A stretch of DNA of 64,000 nt from the human T2T-CHM13v2.0 reference genome, Homo sapiens (GCF_009914755.1 NC_060941.1); one strand, 5' to 3'. Counted from the stretch's first letter, positions 21,555 through 36,470 are shown. Program-made: numbers and translations. The notes: a model not told the origin generated them from the sequence alone.

Positions 21555-22101
21555 TGCCTTTCCATGGACAACAATCATTTGTATTATTATCAGTTTTCTA
21601 CAACACGTAGAGTTGTCAAATAGCTTAAAGACAAGGACAAGTATAGACCCTTCTAGAATCAGATAACTCCTAGAAAGGTCTTCTAGACAATCTGTAGTGA
21701 AGTTAAGTAATACCTTCAAGATTTCACAACTGTAAACTCGATCTGGAATTCAAACCAGATCTATATGTTTCTGTAAATCCAGGCTCTTTTTTCTGTATCA
21801 AGAAGCTTTTGGACTGGAAGAGTGTTTTTCAGCAGGAATTGTGGTATTGGCCACCCATCACCCCATTTAATTAAAAATCCCTGGCCTCAGGACCTACAGC
21901 AATGTACTGAAGAACTTCAGAACCTCAATTAGCCATTTGCCATCTTGAGAGAGTCTTGTCCATGGTTCAAGTGTTCCCTTGGAACTCCTGAAGGGCTTGG
22001 AGCTTAGTCTGAGCCATGGGAAATGGCCAAAGAGTCTCAAGATTCCCACTGTATCCTGTGCCTTGGAGCAGGCAAGGAGACCATGGCAGCCCTGGCCCCG
22101 G

Positions 22102-22299
22102 TCAGTTCTTGGCTTTGGCAGTTCCGGGACCAGGACGCTGGTACAGCCGGATTATCCCTTCATCGTGTAGCCGCTTCCAGACTTCTCTCTCCAGCTTGAA
22201 GTCATGGTTTATGTAAAAGATCAGCCGCTTCCATGATGTATCATAGTAGTGATCAGAAAAGCGCTCATGGCCCTCAGTGATGAAGCCATAAGCACTCAC
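22102..22299 (-). CDS. ST6GALNAC1: ST6GALNAC1 coding exon 9 (motif III HYYD, sialylmotif VS HDFKLE, stop)
   Basis: gtag|[68 protein letters not shown]; exons sum to 1803 nt = 600 aa plus stop. Confidence 0.97.
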   Translation of the reverse strand: MSAYGFITEGHERFSDHYYDTSWKRLIFYINHDFKLEREVWKRLHDEGIIRLYQRPGPGTAKAKN

Positions 22300-22590
22300 C
22301 TACATCACGGTTGGAGGAGAAACACGGCCTGTAGTTGCTGTTGCCCAGGCTTCTTCTCATGGCTAATTCTGTGTTGAGGGGTGGGGGTTCTTTTCCCTGG
22401 CTCCGTCCCTAGGGGTCTGGGTGCAGGTCCCTGGATACGCACGCATAACTGCATGCACCCATACTCATGCCCACCCTCTTTCCCAGCAGATGTGGGCACC
22501 CAGCCCATGCACTGTCCTATGCTGAACAGGCCCAGGAATAGCCCAGGAGCTGTTTCTCCAGGTATTTCTGCAGCTGCAGTGGAGCCTTAC

Positions 22591-22690
22591 CTGGTCACAG
22601 AGCTGAAGGGCAGTGAGCAGCAGGAGGGCCCCAGTGGTGGGGCGGTATATCCTCCAGTGGGCACCATCCAGGGTCTTAGACCTCAGAAAC
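22591..22690 (-). CDS. ST6GALNAC1: ST6GALNAC1 coding exon 8 (sialylmotif S)
   Basis: ttcacag|[33 protein letters not shown]|gtaag; 100 nt. Confidence 0.97.
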
Positions 22691-22777
22691 CTGTGAAATG
22701 CCCCAAACCCCCAACTGTCAGGAGGCTGCAAGGATAACAGGGACCTGGGCTACGTGTCACGTGCTTTCTGCTCTAAC

Positions 22778-22867
22778 CTGTTCTTCATGTATCGGAGAAA
22801 GTCTGGGTGCAGCAACAGGTACCTGTCCATGTGCAGGGCTTCCCGAAAAGCTTCCTGGGGTCTGTGC
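22778..22867 (-). CDS. ST6GALNAC1: ST6GALNAC1 coding exon 7
   Basis: cacag|HRPQEAFREALHMDRYLLLHPDFLRYMKNR|gttag; 90 nt. Confidence 0.95.
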
Positions 22868-23060
22868 CTGTGGTTAGGAAGGGGTCATTCAGACTCAGCT
22901 CCCTTACCTGGTCTGGGGTGGGCCAAGTCAGGGTCATGAGCATGACTGGTATCCCATCTCCAGGTGATAGCTAAGGCTGTCCCCACCTGTCCAACCCTTT
23001 AGAGCCACTCATGACATGGCTCAGCCTGGGATAAGGGGATGGCAGGAGGACAGTGGGTAC

Positions 23061-23164
23061 CTGAACCAGAAAAGGTTTTTTGACATCACCGTCTGATTCA
23101 TAAGCAGTGCTTCCAGCCACTCATAGTCCCGGGTGCCTTCCAGGAAGTGCAAGTAGCGGACGTC
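23061..23164 (-). CDS. ST6GALNAC1: ST6GALNAC1 coding exon 6
   Basis: cctcag|DVRYLHFLEGTRDYEWLEALLMNQTVMSKNLFWFR|gtacc; 104 nt. Confidence 0.96.
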
Positions 23165-23422
23165 CTGAGGACCAAGGACAGGGAGTGGTCCAAAAGTACT
23201 GCCTTCAGGACCACCACCGAGGGTGGCCCAGCTCTGACTCCGACTGCCCACTTGCTCTGCTCTGGACTGGTCTGACTGTCCTCCCCACTCCTGCCCTTAT
23301 AGGAGGGGAGCCTGTACCAACCACAGACTCCATCCGGATGAAAGCCTCTCCTCTCCCTTCTCACCTCCTGTGCTCCCTCATCCAGAGTCTGGGTGTGGCC
23401 AGGCTCCTTCCTCTTTGCTCAC

Positions 23423-23561
23423 CTTCCCAAGAGGCACGTTCTTGAAACCCCGATTGCCCAATATAAGGAGTGACTGGGTCAGGGAGAAGGCGGTAAAGCC
23501 GTAGAAGGATGTCCGAGTCCCCACATCCTGTTCGTAGCCTTTAATGAGAGCTCCGCTCAAT
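23423..23561 (-). CDS. ST6GALNAC1: ST6GALNAC1 coding exon 5 (end of sialylmotif L)
   Basis: cacag|LSGALIKGYEQDVGTRTSFYGFTAFSLTQSLLILGNRGFKNVPLGK|gtgag; 139 nt. Confidence 0.97.
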
Positions 23562-23838
23562 CTGTGCAGAAAGACACAATCAGACGGGACAGGTGAGCAG
23601 AGGAGGGAGATTTGTGTAGGTGGATGGGGAAAGGAAGGAGAAATGGGGGAGGCAGCAGTTATGTGCGGAAATTCTCTCGAGAGCCCAGGAATTCCACCTT
23701 CCAGATGCAGGCGTGGAACATCCTATGGGTCTCTCAGAAGAGTCCATGTCTGCAGAAGAGGGGCAAGAGAGGGGCTGGAGGGGGGCTGGAGGGGGCAGGA
23801 GAGGGGCTGGAGAGGGAGCTTGGGTGGGGACAGCTTAC

Positions 23839-24010
23839 CGGAACACGTAGTCGTGACTGTCTATCTCCTGGCCCATGTGGGAGTTGTTCAGGATGCCCCC
23901 GTTGCCCACCACGGCACAGGTGATGCACCGGAGGCTCCCAGCGGGGAGGCTGGCCAGGAGCAGCTGCTGCTGGGGCACTGGAGGGAAGCGTGTCACGACC
24001 TTCTGCACCA
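23839..24010 (-). CDS. ST6GALNAC1: ST6GALNAC1 coding exon 4 (start of sialylmotif L)
   Basis: ttccag|(L)[57 protein letters not shown]|gtaag; 172 nt. Confidence 0.97.
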
Positions 24011-24186
24011 CTGGAACAAGAGTGGGGGTGCTCCATTCAGAGCCCTGGGAGGGACAGGAGTCCGACCCATCATTCCTCCCAGGTCTGGCAAACCCCAGGG
24101 AAGAGGCAGACCAGAAAGCCAGCTGCCCTCTGCCCTCTGCCCCGGCCTACTGCGCACCCACACCTTCCCCTGGGTTAAGGACTCAC

Positions 24187-24355
24187 AGGAGTAGTTGAGC
24201 TCCATGAAGCCAAAGGGTGGTGCAAAGTGTTCCAGGCGGTCCCACTCACTCTGGTTGAAGTGTCTGGAGTCCAGGAAGAGAGTGAGGTTGGGCAGAAAGA
24301 GTTTCTGGAGCCACAGCGACTTGGAGGCTTTGATCTTCACAGAGTCAGGGCAAGT
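24187..24355 (-). CDS. ST6GALNAC1: ST6GALNAC1 coding exon 3
   Basis: tatag|[56 protein letters not shown]|gtgagt; 169 nt. Confidence 0.96.
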
Positions 24356-24587
24356 CTATATACAGGAGGACGAAGTCAGGAAGGGAGAGACCCAGAAAGG
24401 CCATCGGCCAGGGGCTGCACCACTGCAGCAAGGGCTGGGGCTCGCAGTTTGGAAGGCGCGGCCTCTGCTACCTCTTCCATTCTGTTCTCAGGGTCTGCTT
24501 ACCCTCCCCTTCCCATTGTCTGGGCTCATTGTGGTCCTGAGGGTTCTGGGAAATGGGTGTTCTCGGCCATCGAGGCAAATGCACCTA

Positions 24588-24999
<412 letters not shown>

Positions 25000-25794
25000 T
25001 TATGGGCCTTCTCCCTCCCTCCCTCCCTCCCTCCCTCCCTCCCTCCCTCCTTCCTTCCTTCCTTCCTTCCTTCCGTCTTTCCTTCCTTCCTTCCGACAGG
25101 GTCTCACTCTGTTGCCCAGGCGGGAGTGCAGTGGTGCCATCATAGCTCACTTTAACCTCAAGTGATCCTCCCGCCTCAGCCTCCTGAGTAGCTGGGACTA
25201 CAGGCATATGCCACTATACCCAGCAACATACACATTTTGGACACTGCCCCTCTGCAAGGACAGGTGAGAAGGACCATGTGGGTGGGTGTGGGTCAGTCAG
25301 ACTGTTTCCTTAGGGTTGGGAGAGAGCGAAGGCTGTGGAATTGACTTTGCAGGGAAGACAAGGCATTCCCGGAGGACAGAGCTGGGCATGAGGTTGGGGT
25401 GTCCTTGTCTGTGAGTCCCTCCCCTGCAGCCCCCGCGAGAGGATGGGGATTCAGGGGCCAAGCCCCAGAGTAGATCACACTCTGTCACCCCAGATGGATG
25501 ACCTCCAGGCCTCAGGAGCTCCAGGGCAGGCCCCATCTCACTCACCCCTCTTACGCTGTCCACACCAGGGGTCCGGGGCCTGCCTGCTCCTCCTCCCCCA
25601 TTGTGGCCATCATTGGAAAGACAAGTGGGGCAGAGTCTTGTAGGGCTGAGCTCTGCCTCATAATGAGCTTGGGGCAGGACAAGACAAAGTCTAGAAGCAG
25701 AGCCCAGGAGGTGAGGAGAGGGTGGGCTGGGCTTCCTCTCAGGAGGGGCTTCAGAGCTGGGAGCCAGAGGGAAGGCGTGGTGGCAAAAACTCAC

Positions 25795-26494
25795 CGTCTG
25801 AAGGCCTCCTATTTCGAAGCTGTATTTTTCCTCAAAATCCCACCGAGGCTCAGATTTGAAGTTGGCGGCCTTCAGTCTTTGGTTTCTCTGCGTCGTGGGG
25901 CTCTGGAAAGGGGCAGGGGGTGGGGTGGCCTGAGGTTTCTTCTCCTTAGGTGGGATGACTGCTGTGGTCACTCCTTTCTGTCTCGTCCTTGTTGACACTG
26001 CTCCTGTGGGAGCCAGCATTCTGTGCTGACTTTTGGGAATGAGCGTCTTGGCTGTGGTTGCCGCTTTGCCCTGGTGCTTCTCTGACACCGTCCTGGAGGC
26101 CGTCAGCTTCCTGGTCTGGCCCCCATTTCCTTGGGTCGTCTTTGTGTCCTGGCTCTTCCATGATTGTGCCTCTGTCCTGCCAGAGGCCATCCCTGCATCT
26201 TGCCCTCTGGGTGACAGTGTGTTCACCATGGTTTTCTCTTTTTCTGGGCTCTTCCATGCTGCCCTCTGTGCTGTGTGGGGCACCTTGTCCTGCTCCTCCG
26301 GCGGTGCCTGGTTGGCCTCCTTTCCTCTGTCTCCGGTGGTGTGGGCCTTGGGCTGGGTTTGTGTGTTGAGGGCATTGTTCTCTGGCACTGGCTCTGCATA
26401 GATGGTTGTCCTCCTTGCCCTTGTGGGTGCCTGGGACTTAGGCTTTGCCAGGGACTGTAGAGACCTTTCTTTAATGTTCTCTGTGCGTTGATGC
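25795..26494 (-). CDS. ST6GALNAC1: ST6GALNAC1 coding exon 2 (long Thr/Pro/Lys-rich stem)
   Basis: Acceptor ccctag|G; HQRTENIKERS...FEEKYSFEIGGLQT; donor gtgagt; 700 nt, phase matches exon 1. Confidence 0.97.
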
Positions 26495-26555
26495 CTAGGG
26501 ACAGAGATAACCTTTGATGAAGGCTGAAGATTGTGGAAACAGGTCAGAAGCATAA

Positions 26556-26690
<135 letters not shown>

Positions 26691-27172
26691 TGAGTAGCTG
26701 AGATTACAGGCACCCGCCACCATGCCTGGCTAATTTTTGTATTTTTAGTAGAGATGGGGGTTTCACCATGCTGGCCAGGCTGGTCTTGAACTCCTGACCT
26801 CCCCAGTGATCCACCTGCCTCGGCCTCCCAAAGTGTTGGGATGACACGTGTGAGCCACCGTGCCTGGCCAGAAAATAGATTCAAACAAAAGCGGAATAGA
26901 ATTTGAGATATGTACATAGGACATACAGGAGAGCATCTCATCCGACAAACGTTTACTAAATGTCTATTCTGTGCAGTGTGCTGTGCAGGCACTGGGAATA
27001 CAAATTGGAATAAGACACAGACCTTGGACCTATGTGATACACGATTATTGTTATTCGAGGCAGGAAACAAAGGTCTTTGATCACTGGAGAAAGGCAGGGC
27101 CGGCCAAGGCAATATGGGAAGCAGGCTGATTACCTATGCAAGCCCTTCCTCCATTAAGGCCTCCTAGCCTGA

Positions 27173-27609
<437 letters not shown>

Positions 27610-27696
27610 TGATCTGCCCACCTTGGCCTCCCAAGGTGCTGGGATTTTACAGGCGTGAGCCACCGCGCCCAATTTTTTTTTTTTTTTTTTCTTTAA

Positions 27697-27903
<207 letters not shown>

Positions 27904-29655
27904 TAGAGACTGGATCTCACTCTGTTACCCAGGCTGGTCTCAAATTCCTCACCTCAAGTGATCCTCCACCCTTGGCCTCCCAGAATGTTGGTATTAAAGG
28001 CGTGAGCCACCGCGTCTGGCCTAAACACACACATTTTTAACTGGACTTGCATAGAAAATGCCTCTGCCTTTGTTATATGACTCAAAGAAGTAGCTTGGAT
28101 GAGAGATATTTCTAACCAGAAAGGAGAGATGGGCCTCAGGACAGGGTTGGACTGAGATATGGAGCATCCCGAAAAGGCTAATGGGCTTCAAACCCTAATT
28201 CTTTCTGTATTTTTCATTTTCAACTAAGAAAAAGAAAAGGAAAAATTTATTATAAGAATAGAAAGTGTTTCAAGGAACCCAAGAGCAGGAAGTAGTTGAG
28301 CCTCTGGGGGGGCTTGGAACCAGGAATCGCTCTCTAAGGCTTTGTCTCTATCTCACCTCTCCCTCTGAATCAGCTTTCTTCTACTCTTTCTGTCTCTGCA
28401 GACAGGCCTCCTCTGCTCTCCAACCCACAGGCTGGTGGAAGATGGCCACCCCATAACACCTGTACTGGGGACTGTGGACTCCCTTTTCTCCCAATTTTTC
28501 ACTCTAGCAGAAGACTGTGGCCCCCTTGGGTCCTATCTCCATCCCTTTCCAGGGGTCTCGGTCACATACTACATGACATTCTGGGGCCCACTCTGTGCAT
28601 GGGAGGAGGACACTTTCAAGAGAAAGAGGGGGTTATTGGTTCATGAACTGGGAAGACACCCCCAAAATATCCATTCTGAAAGAATGCCACTCAACACAGA
28701 GTGAGAAACCTGAGTGAGTGAAGAACACATTCTTGATCAATTCATTCCACATTTGCCTAGTAGAAGGTCTGAGTGCTGTGTGGGTGTGTGTGAGGCTCAC
28801 CACTCCCCTTGGTCTGACTACTCAGTGTAACCTCTAAGCTCACGTGGGCCATTCAGCAAAAACCAAGCTGTTCACCCGGTTTAACAAACAGCTCTTGTTA
28901 CCCAGCAAAGCCTCTTGGTGGATTCACCCTGACCTCCACTTCCCAACCCCCAGCCTCAAGAAGCCTATGGAAACTTCCCTTCCAAACTCCGGCAGCCCTC
29001 GGCAGAGAGGAATTCTGCTGAATGACATTTTCCCTATCTCGAACATTTTCATGGATGTAGCTGCCTGGCTGGCAGGCACCTTAACTTGGCCGTGGCGGGG
29101 AGAGATGATGAGGCAGGGGTGGTTTTTGACATCACACATCTCAGGCCACACATAGCATGGACAGCTGGCCGTCTGCTTAGTGGCCACACTGACCCTGAAG
29201 AGGTAATGCACTCCTCTCTGGAACCCTGTCTAGCAGCAGGAATGGCGCAGTGACTCCTGGAAGGCCTATTCAACCGCAAATCTACAATTGATTGATGACT
29301 CCTTTAGGTTTTGCAGGAAGTCACAGCAATAATCCAGGTAGTGACAAAATTATGTAATTAAGTTTCATTTAATTCCCTATAATTAAATACACCTGTGATT
29401 GCTAGGGCTGTGGGTGTTGAGATAGACATTTCCTTATTCTCATGCACAGTATTTACTAAATGCTCAAATTGTATCCATATGCTGAGTGCCCCATATTCAA
29501 CGCGTTCGGCCCTGTGTGGTCCTGACCCTGTGAGCTGGGCTGGGGTGTGGGAAGGCTTTCTTCTATTAATGACTTCTAGTCCAGAGGCACAGGCAAATTA
29601 ATCATGGGTCATACCAAAACAAAAAGCGACTTAACTGCATAATTCTGATCTACTA

Positions 29656-30314
<659 letters not shown>

Positions 30315-31388
30315 TCAATCAATTTATCATGAACAAGAATCGCACAATAAAAGAAACAGGAAAATAGTTATCTGGCAACATCCTCCCTCTCTGTATATAT
30401 ATATTTTCTTTTTTTTTGAGACTGAGTCTCTGTTGTGTAGGCTGGTGGCACGTTCACAGCTCATTGCAGCCTCGACCTCCCGGGCTCAAACGAGTCTCCT
30501 GCCTTGGCCTCCTGAGTAGCTGGGACTACAGGTGCATGTGCCCCCAGGCCCAGCTGCCTTCTGTATTCTTCAGTGTACATCACCAAGGGGAACCTGGAAG
30601 TGAAGAAATGGCAAAAGGTTCAAAGTTCGTTTATGCCTGCAGCCATGAAACACCTATTGGCCAGAGAGCGGTATTTTCCAAGAATACAGTACGAGAGATA
30701 ACACAGGAATGTTGAAGTTGACTAGGATATTGAAGAGGCTGAAACTGAATTTTGAAAAAATACCCCAAGGAAAGGTCACTCACTAACAAAGCCAGTATGA
30801 GTAGAAGATTATTTTATGGAGGAGGATAAGAAAAGAGCTGAAAAGACTCCTTTGATTCGCTAAATAATTTTGCACCTGGGCTCCCGCCTTCTATGGCATG
30901 GAGAGCGAGCGGAAGTGGCTGCAGGTGAGTTGCGCCTGGTATGTGGGAATGGCTGGTCACACAGAATCGCCTCTACTTACGTCCTTAAGTCCTGGGCTCT
31001 TTCTCAGTCCCCACCATCAACTTTGCCCTCATTTTATCTCAGGCCCCCTGGCTGGGTGAGCTTTCCTCTTCCAGGTTACATGTTTGGTTCCCACAGCTTT
31101 GATGCTGCTTCTCCTTGAAAGGAGGACAAACTAACACTTCGCTCTGCCCTGTGTCCCTCTCCACTCCCTGCTGTGGAGCTCTCTACCTTGAACTGCTCCT
31201 GCCTCCTGTGCCCCACATTGTTAGCTGGGCCTGGAGTTCCCAAGACCCCCTTGGTGTCCACGAGGGCTATTCCAGCCTCCTTTTGGTATTTGATCAGTTC
31301 TTCGGGGTCTCCTGTCTTATGTGAGATAGAAACCAGCCATTCTGCTTTTTCTTTTCCAACTCTAAAGTTGGCCAGGCGTGGTGCCTCA

Positions 31389-31770
<382 letters not shown>

Positions 31771-32108
31771 TTAGATGTGTCTATACGCTGCTTCCATGAC
31801 TAAAAGCTGTATGATTGCCTTAATTATCTTTGTATGCTGGAAAAAAATGGCAGAAATCCATTTTCTCTTGTTATTCTGAGTGTTCTTTTCTCAAATCAAA
31901 GCCTGTGTGGTGGTTTTCAGCCACCTCAATCTTAGTGGGGAGATTCTAGTGGGGATGTTATTATGTTCTGGGACTCGAGAGAAAACAGAAGGAAAATGAG
32001 TCAGTTGCTGCTCATCATACTTCAGTGGCTGGATACAGCTTCCAGAGCTCCCCCTGAACAGACAGGTCCCCAGCATTCTCAGAGATGCCCTTCGCCTAGC
32101 TGAATTCA

Positions 32109-32462
<354 letters not shown>

Positions 32463-33398
32463 TTATGGAAAGTTCTACGAGAACTTGACAACACAATGCA
32501 ATGTTTATTCTGCAATATTCATTGAGTAGCCATGACATGACAGGCATTCAGAGGTATCTGCTAGAGATTAAAGATAAAAAAAGCAATGGTCACTGGTTTT
32601 AAGAGGCTCACAGTCTATAAGAGAAACAGACATGAGTATAAGCAGCTGCCTTAAAGTGTCATCGGTATGATATTAGTCATACGTGTGCGAGGCAGTGGTG
32701 ACAGCCTAGGGAGGCAGTTCTGCTCGGGGGGATACTTTGGTATGTAGGGGTTACCTAAGCTGAGTCTTTTTCTCCTGAGTCTTCAGAAGTGAACTTTTAT
32801 GAATTATTTTTATTTTTATAAAAGCAATGTGTGCTTATTACGGAAAAAGCAGAAACTGCCTTAAAACATGAAAGGATAGCAACCTCCTATTATCCCAGTC
32901 CCTTCAAAGAATCTACTGTTAGTACCTCAGGGCATGAACAGCCGCATCCCTTTTCTACGCCTGTCATGCTTTTGAATACAATTATATACTATTTTGAAAT
33001 GTTATTTGTTTCCCTCTCCACCCCACCCCCATACCTCCAGCAGTTAAGATTTGGTTTCATGTTCAAGATGTAGTGAAACAGATCAATCTTGGAGAAGTTA
33101 TGAGGGGGAAGGACTTTACTACTTCTTACCATCATTGTCCTTCCCCTGGAAAGATCCTTTACTCTGGTGGGTGGCGGAAATGAGAGAAGGAGGGATCTGT
33201 GAGTTCCAAGGTCAGAGGACCCTGCTTCCTGGCAGTGTTCCAAAGGTCTAACAAGACCCCTGGAAAAAAAAAGAATCCTGAGCCTAGGAAGACAGGACCA
33301 CAGACAGTGTCAGAAAAGTCTCACACGGAGCTGAGATCACGCCACTGCACTCCAGCCTGGATGGCAAAGCGAGACTCCGTTTCAAAAAAAGAAAAGTC

Positions 33399-34077
33399 CT
33401 CCCGCCCGGCCAGCCTCCCCGTCCGGGAGGTGGGGGTAGCCCCCACCCAGCCGCCGCCCCGTCTGGGAGGTCGGGGGCGCCTCTGACCGCCGCCCCGTCT
33501 GGGAAGTGAGGAGCCCCTCTGCCCGGCCGCCACCCCATCTGGGAGGTGTACCCAACAGCTCATTGAGAACGGGCCATGATGACGATGGCGGTTTTGTCGA
33601 ATAGAAAAGGGGGAAATGTGGGGAAAAGAAAGAGAGATCAGATTGTTACTGTGTCTGTGTAGAAAGAAGTAGACATAGGAGACTCCATTTTGTTCTGTAC
33701 TAAGAAAAATTCTTCTGCCTTGGGATCCTGTTGATCTATGACCTTACCCCCAACCCCGTGCTCTCTGAAACATGTGCTGTGTCCACTCAGGGTTGAATGG
33801 ATTAAGGGCGGTGCAAGATGTGCTTTGTTAAACAGATGCTTGAAGGCAGCATGCTCGTTAAGAGTCATCACCACTCCCTAATCTCAAGTTCCCAGGGACA
33901 CAAACACTGCGGAAGGCCGCAGGGCCCTCTGCCTAGGAAAACCAGGGACCTTTGTTCACATGTTTATCTGCTGACCTTCCCTCCACTATTGTCCTATGAC
34001 CCTGCCAAATCCCCCTCTCCGAGAAACACCCAAGAATGATCAATAAATACTAAAAAAAAAAAAAAAAAAAAAAAAAA
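33399..34077 (+). mobile_element. 5'-truncated SVA (partial VNTR, SINE-R, poly-A) in intron 1, antisense to the gene
   Basis: GC-rich VNTR units (CCCCGTCTGGGAGG); SINE-R (CCCAACAGCTCATTGAGAACGGGCCATGATG...AAGAATGATCAATAAA); A-tail 34052-34077. Confidence 0.93.
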
Positions 34078-34890
34078 GATTCCCATCACACCCTAAACCT
34101 AAAAGGTTTAGGATAAATAAAGATGTGAATTAAAAAAAAAAAAAAAAGACATAGAACAGTCACCACAAGGGTCCCTCATGTTGTCCTTTTATAGCCACAG
34201 CCACTTTCTTCCTACACCACCCCCTCCTCAACCCCTAGAAACACCACTCATCTGTTCTGTATTTTTATAATTTTATCATTTCAAGAATGTTATTTGAATG
34301 CAATCATACAATTATGTAAGCTTTTGGTACTGGCTTTTCAAAAAAACAGAACAAAAAAAACCCAAAAAAAGTCTCTCACACATAAGCCAGGTGGACCTGA
34401 AAGAGCCAAGGGGCAGGAACAATGGCTGTTTCAGCAGCTACTCAATAGCGAAGGGTCAGCGTCCCACTCCCATGCCTTGGCACCGCATCAGATGTCCTGG
34501 AGCCCTTGATACCATCCTGCAGAGGGGCAAGAAGAGCTGAGATTAAGTTTTCCTGAAGCTTGGTGGATGGGAGTTCAGAATCAGAAATCAGGAGGTGATA
34601 GAAAATAAAGTTCTGTTCTTTTCTTTTTGGACACAGAGTCTCACTCTGTCGTCCAGGCTAGAGTGCAGTGGCATGATCTCGGCTCACTGGAAGCCAGTGC
34701 CCAGGTTCAAGCGATTCTTGTGCCTCAACCCCCTGAGTAGCTGGGATTACATGCATGTGCCACCGTGCCCGGCTAATTTTCATATTTTTAGTAGAGATGG
34801 AATTTTGCCATGCTGGCCAGGCTGGAGAACATAAAGTGACAACAAGAAAATGACAAACAGAACCCATAGGTCTGTTTTTACAGCTCACTC

Positions 34891-34960
34891 TTTTTTTTTT
34901 TTTTTTTTTAATGGAACGCTTTACGAATTTGCACGTCATCCTTGTGCAGGGGCCATGCTA
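34891..34960 (-). pseudogene. 5'-truncated U6 snRNA retrocopy with poly-A
   Basis: Minus strand TAGCATGGCCCCTGCACAAGGATGACGTGCAAATTCGTAAAGCGTTCCATT plus A-tail; 13-bp TSD ACAGCTCACTCTT (34880-34892 and 34962-34974). Confidence 0.9.
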
Positions 34961-36417
34961 CACAGCTCACTCTTAATTACCATCTCTAAAGCTAAAACAA
35001 GCATAGATCTTCCAAAACATATTTATACCAGACTATGGAAGCCAAGCAGAGACATAGTCTTAGATGACATCTACACATCACTGAACAAATGATGCACGTG
35101 GGTGCGTCTTAAGATGATATGAGAGATGGCCCGATGGGTTTGAAATCATAGAATTGTATTTTTTATTTTTTTTTTGAGACAGAGTCTTGCTGTGTCACCC
35201 AGGCTGGAGTGCAGTAGAGCAATCTTAGCTCACTGCAACCTCTGCCTCCCGAGTTCAAGCGATTCTCCTGTGATAAAAGCGATAATACTCAGCCTCCTGA
35301 GTAGCTGGGATTACAGGCAACCGCCACCACGCCTGGCTAACTTTTGTATTTTTATTTATTGATTATTATTATTTTTCTGAGACGGAGTTTCACTCTTGCT
35401 GCCCAGGCTGGAGTACTGTGGCATGCTCTCGGCTCACAGCAAGCTCTGCCTCCCGGATTCAGGCAATTCTCCCTGCCTCAGCCTCCCAAGTAGCTGGAAT
35501 TACAGGCACCGGACCATGCCCGGCTAATTTTTGTATTTTTTAGGAGAGACAGGGTTTCACCATGTTAGTCAGGCTGGTCTCGAACTCCTGACCTCAGGTG
35601 ATCTGCCCACCTCGGTCTCCCAAAGTGCTGGGATTTAGGCGTGAGCCACTGTGCCTGGCCTCAGAATTGTCTTGAAGTTCTTCTGCTACACTCCTCCCAC
35701 CATCCTATTTGTTGCCAAGTCAAGCTGATCTGACTTCTTCTCAGTCCTTTCTTCCTGTTCAAACTGTCCTCGCTCACGGTCTCATTAATGCTATCCTAAA
35801 CCGTTGCAATGGTCTCTAAACTATCCCCTCTAAAACCACGTTCCCCCGATCATCCATCCTGTAATCTATTGACAGAGTACTCTGCATAAAGCATGAATTT
35901 ACTCAAGTTAACTCCCTTACTCTAAAGTTTTTGAGAGCCATAAAGTTTAAACGTTTTGGCCTGTTTTTTAAGGTGACAAATTCATTCTTTCATCAACAAG
36001 CATTTATAAAGCACCTCCACTGGGTCCAGGCCCTGTTCATAGCACTGAGGAAACACAGACAAATAAGACAATGCCGGCCGGGTGCGGTGGCCCATGCTGT
36101 AATCCCAGCACTTTGGGAGGCTGAGGCAGGTAGATCACTTGAGGCCAGGAGTTCAAGACCAGCCTGGCCAACATGGCAAAACCCTGTCTCCACTAAAAGT
36201 ACAATAATTAGCCGAGCGTGGTGGCGTGCGTCTGTAGTCCCAGCTACTCTGGAGGCTGAGGCAGGCTAATCACTTGAACCTGGGAGGTGAGGTTGCAATG
36301 AGCCAAGATCGCGCCACTGCACTCCAGCCTGGGTGACAGACCCAGACTCCATCTCGAAAAATAAATGAAGAAATTACATAATTCATGTAATCTCACAAAT
36401 TCATATAATTACATGAT

Positions 36418-36420
<3 letters not shown>

Positions 36421-36467
<47 letters not shown>
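36421..36467. repeat. (CA)n microsatellite
   Basis: Perfect CA run of about 23 units. Confidence 0.97.
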
Positions 36468-36470
<3 letters not shown>

